A stretch of DNA of 36,163 nt from Neovahlkampfia damariscottae. Its lineage: Eukaryota. Positions 34,491 to 36,163 of this stretch are shown here, piece by piece. Both the position numbers and the translations under genes were made by a program. Where the stretch lies: contig JABLTG010000182.1 of the NCBI GenBank assembly GCA_016618085.1, positions 1 to 36,163 of the forward strand, given 5' to 3'. The number at the start of each line of letters is the position of its first letter. Position 1 is the first letter of the stretch. Below the pieces are notes generated by a model. The model ran no database searches, was not told the DNA's origin, and saw only the letters and a list, made by a program, of their open reading frames with translations.

Positions 34491-34568
34491 AAGATAAATT
34501 ATAAACATTAATTTTGTTAAAAATTGGACCAATCATCTTATTTTTACTTAATCAAGCTAAAATAACAG

Positions 34569-35639
34569 ATGAGGCTGTTTGGCAATTGGTATGAATTGTT
34601 GGATGAAAAAACGGGAAGAAATTACTATTACAATAGTGACACAAAAGAATCAACATGGATCAAACCAACACAAGAAGATAAAAATGAAAACATCCAATAC
34701 CTAGAAGAAATCCAACGACTCCAAAGTGAATTAAACAAAGAAAAGATAAAATTACTCGAAAAAGATTCAGAACAAAGAGATGTAGAAATCAAATTGAAAG
34801 TGGAAGTTCAAAAGTTGAAAAATCAAATGCAACAAATGCAATCAAACCAATTCAAACAAAAAACAGAACAACAATATATTGATGAAATTGATAAATTGAA
34901 CTCAAAAATTACAGACTTAGAAAAAACCAGTTTTCATCTGAAACCTGAAGAGGAATATATCAAAGAAGTGGAAGATTTAAACAACAAACTGAAGGAACAA
35001 CAAGAAATCAATGGTACACTAAAAGAAGAAAATCCAGTTGCACCTACTGCTCCAAAAAAGAGAAATTCATTTTACAGTAGATTATCACTTAACACAAAAT
35101 CTAAAGATTTACCACCTGTTCCTCCTTTGGCTCCAAAAATCAATTTACCAATTGAACAAAAAGAAGAGAAAAAAGAAGAGATAAAGAATGAAGTCATTGA
35201 AAAAGAAGAAGAATTGCCAAATGTACATCAATATTTTGATCATTTAGGTCATATTCGTTTGTATGTAATGGAGAATAGAAAACCGAAATATTTGTATGAT
35301 CAATCATTATCAGATCATGAACATAAAGTAATTTCAGAAAATTGGATTGAATTATATGATGAAAGAACACAAAAGAAATTCTATTACAATACAAAATCTC
35401 ATAAAAGTTCATGGGATGATCCAACTCAAATTGAAACATCAAATTTAGATGTTAAAAAAGTAGATAAAAGAAAATCATTTCCTGGACCAGATGTAAAAGT
35501 TGAAAAATTATTCAAAAATCAAAGATTATCTCATCCTCCAAATTATCATCAAAAAACCCAAGAGTCTGCTCCAAAAACAGATTTTCAGAAAAAAAGAGCA
35601 TTTTTAGCATCATTTTTAGGATCCAAAGAAGTGGAATAA
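34569..35639 (+). CDS. Protein with two WW domains, coiled coil and proline-rich motifs
   Basis: WYELLDEKTGRNYYYNSDTKESTWIKP and WIELYDERTQKKFYYNTKSHKSSWDDP. Confidence 0.88.
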   Translation: MRLFGNWYELLDEKTGRNYYYNSDTKESTWIKPTQEDKNENIQYLEEIQRLQSELNKEKIKLLEKDSEQRDVEIKLKVEVQKLKNQMQQMQSNQFKQKTEQQYIDEIDKLNSKITDLEKTSFHLKPEEEYIKEVEDLNNKLKEQQEINGTLKEENPVAPTAPKKRNSFYSRLSLNTKSKDLPPVPPLAPKINLPIEQKEEKKEEIKNEVIEKEEELPNVHQYFDHLGHIRLYVMENRKPKYLYDQSLSDHEHKVISENWIELYDERTQKKFYYNTKSHKSSWDDPTQIETSNLDVKKVDKRKSFPGPDVKVEKLFKNQRLSHPPNYHQKTQESAPKTDFQKKRAFLASFLGSKEVE

Positions 35640-35659
35640 AAGTCAAATTTATTTCTCCG

Positions 35660-35770
35660 CCTTTTATTTCTCTTTGTTCCGCTATCTTAAAACTGACTTT
35701 TCTGTTCATTCTGATTAATCAAGGTTTCTTTCGGGATAGGACCGTCGCCAGCAGTGCTGGCAGTTTTTGG
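35660..35770 (-). ncRNA. Candidate Fanzor omegaRNA scaffold plus guide, overlapping the ORF 3' end
   Basis: GC-richer segment after RuvC-III with hairpin gccagca-g-tgctggc (35747-35761), 7-bp inverted repeat aaaactg/cagtttt (35689-35695/35761-35767), palindrome tgattaatca (35712-35721) and a ctatc/gatag pairing (35682-35686/35735-35739). The position matches TnpB/Fanzor omegaRNAs. Boundaries are inferred. Confidence 0.55.
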
Positions 35771-36163
35771 ATTTCCAATAAAATTTTGTATATTCATCAG
35801 AAATATATTTCTTGCTCCATTATAATCTCTTGGAAGAGAAAAATTACAATATTTACAATTGAAATAATCTTTTTTTCCAAGTTTCCAATCTATTTTTCCA
35901 CATGATCCACATGTACAACTGGTATAATGTTCTGAAACTTCATGTACTTGAACAGAATCTTTTTGAGCAAGATGTTTTAATGTTTGACAAAATTGAAAAT
36001 GAGACCAATGAAGCATTTTTCTCACTGTTGTACTATGAATTTTTCTTGATCGAATAATTTCATCTGTATCAAGTTGTTTTTTTGATAAACCAGTTTTATG
36101 TGAAACTTGTTTGTTTTCTTTTGGAACATCTTTTGATGAAAATAAAACACCTTCTGTTAATGA
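35687..36163 (-). mobile_element. tnpB: Fanzor2/TnpB (IS607-type) derivative, probably internally deleted; frame open to the right window edge
   Basis: RKIHSTTVRKMLHWSHFQF, VSEHYTS (rearranged RuvC-II Glu), zinc ribbon CGSC...CKYC and RuvC-III RDYNGARNIF. The frame continues upstream without a stop as SLTEGVLFSSKDVPKENKQVSHKTGLSKKQLDTDEIIRS, which differs from the left copy. Confidence 0.9.
35921..36047. repeat. 127-nt exact direct repeat, copy 2 (copy 1 at 1-127)
   Basis: Identical to 1-127. Confidence 0.97.

Noticed and set aside
1305..35709. Short antisense or alternate-frame ORFs in the track (for example 1305-1511, 5439-5699, 8202-8399, 31240-31494, 32523-32816, 35194-35442)
   Set aside because: They are shadows of well-supported genes on the other strand or frame and have no motifs of their own.
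1..35920. Circular plasmid or virus suggested by the terminal 127-nt repeat
   Set aside because: The sequence continues 116 nt past the second copy, the repeat is part of a transposon gene, and the content is intron-rich host genes with no viral or plasmid hallmark genes.

Overview
AT-rich, very gene-dense eukaryotic DNA using the standard genetic code. About 28 host genes are separated by mostly 20-200 nt spacers and interrupted by many tiny GT-AG introns (about 28-46 nt). The gene style suggests a free-living protist, possibly a heterolobosean; this is inference only. Host genes include ATG1, a FAAP100-like protein, RGS-START, BTB, tandem C2, Kelch, EndoG, tandem BRCT, Cdc34-like E2, T4 Rnl1-like RNA ligase, a divergent EF1A-like GTPase, a mitochondrial carrier, USP5, MFS, MEMO1, an atypical H2A, Kish-B, RING-H2, a CNH-Ras fusion, DHHC, SPP, TEN1, RIT1, SET, DJ-1/Hsp31, DsbA-like and a WW protein, plus a PaiB pseudogene. 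The most notable feature is at the two edges: both carry minus-strand derivatives of the same Fanzor2 (IS607-type TnpB) RNA-guided nuclease element, with 1-127 identical to 35921-36047. The left copy is 5'-truncated and abuts palindromes. The right copy appears internally deleted in frame through an 11-nt microhomology and keeps a structured, GC-richer 3' region that is a candidate omegaRNA scaffold plus guide. Exon boundaries were inferred by eye.
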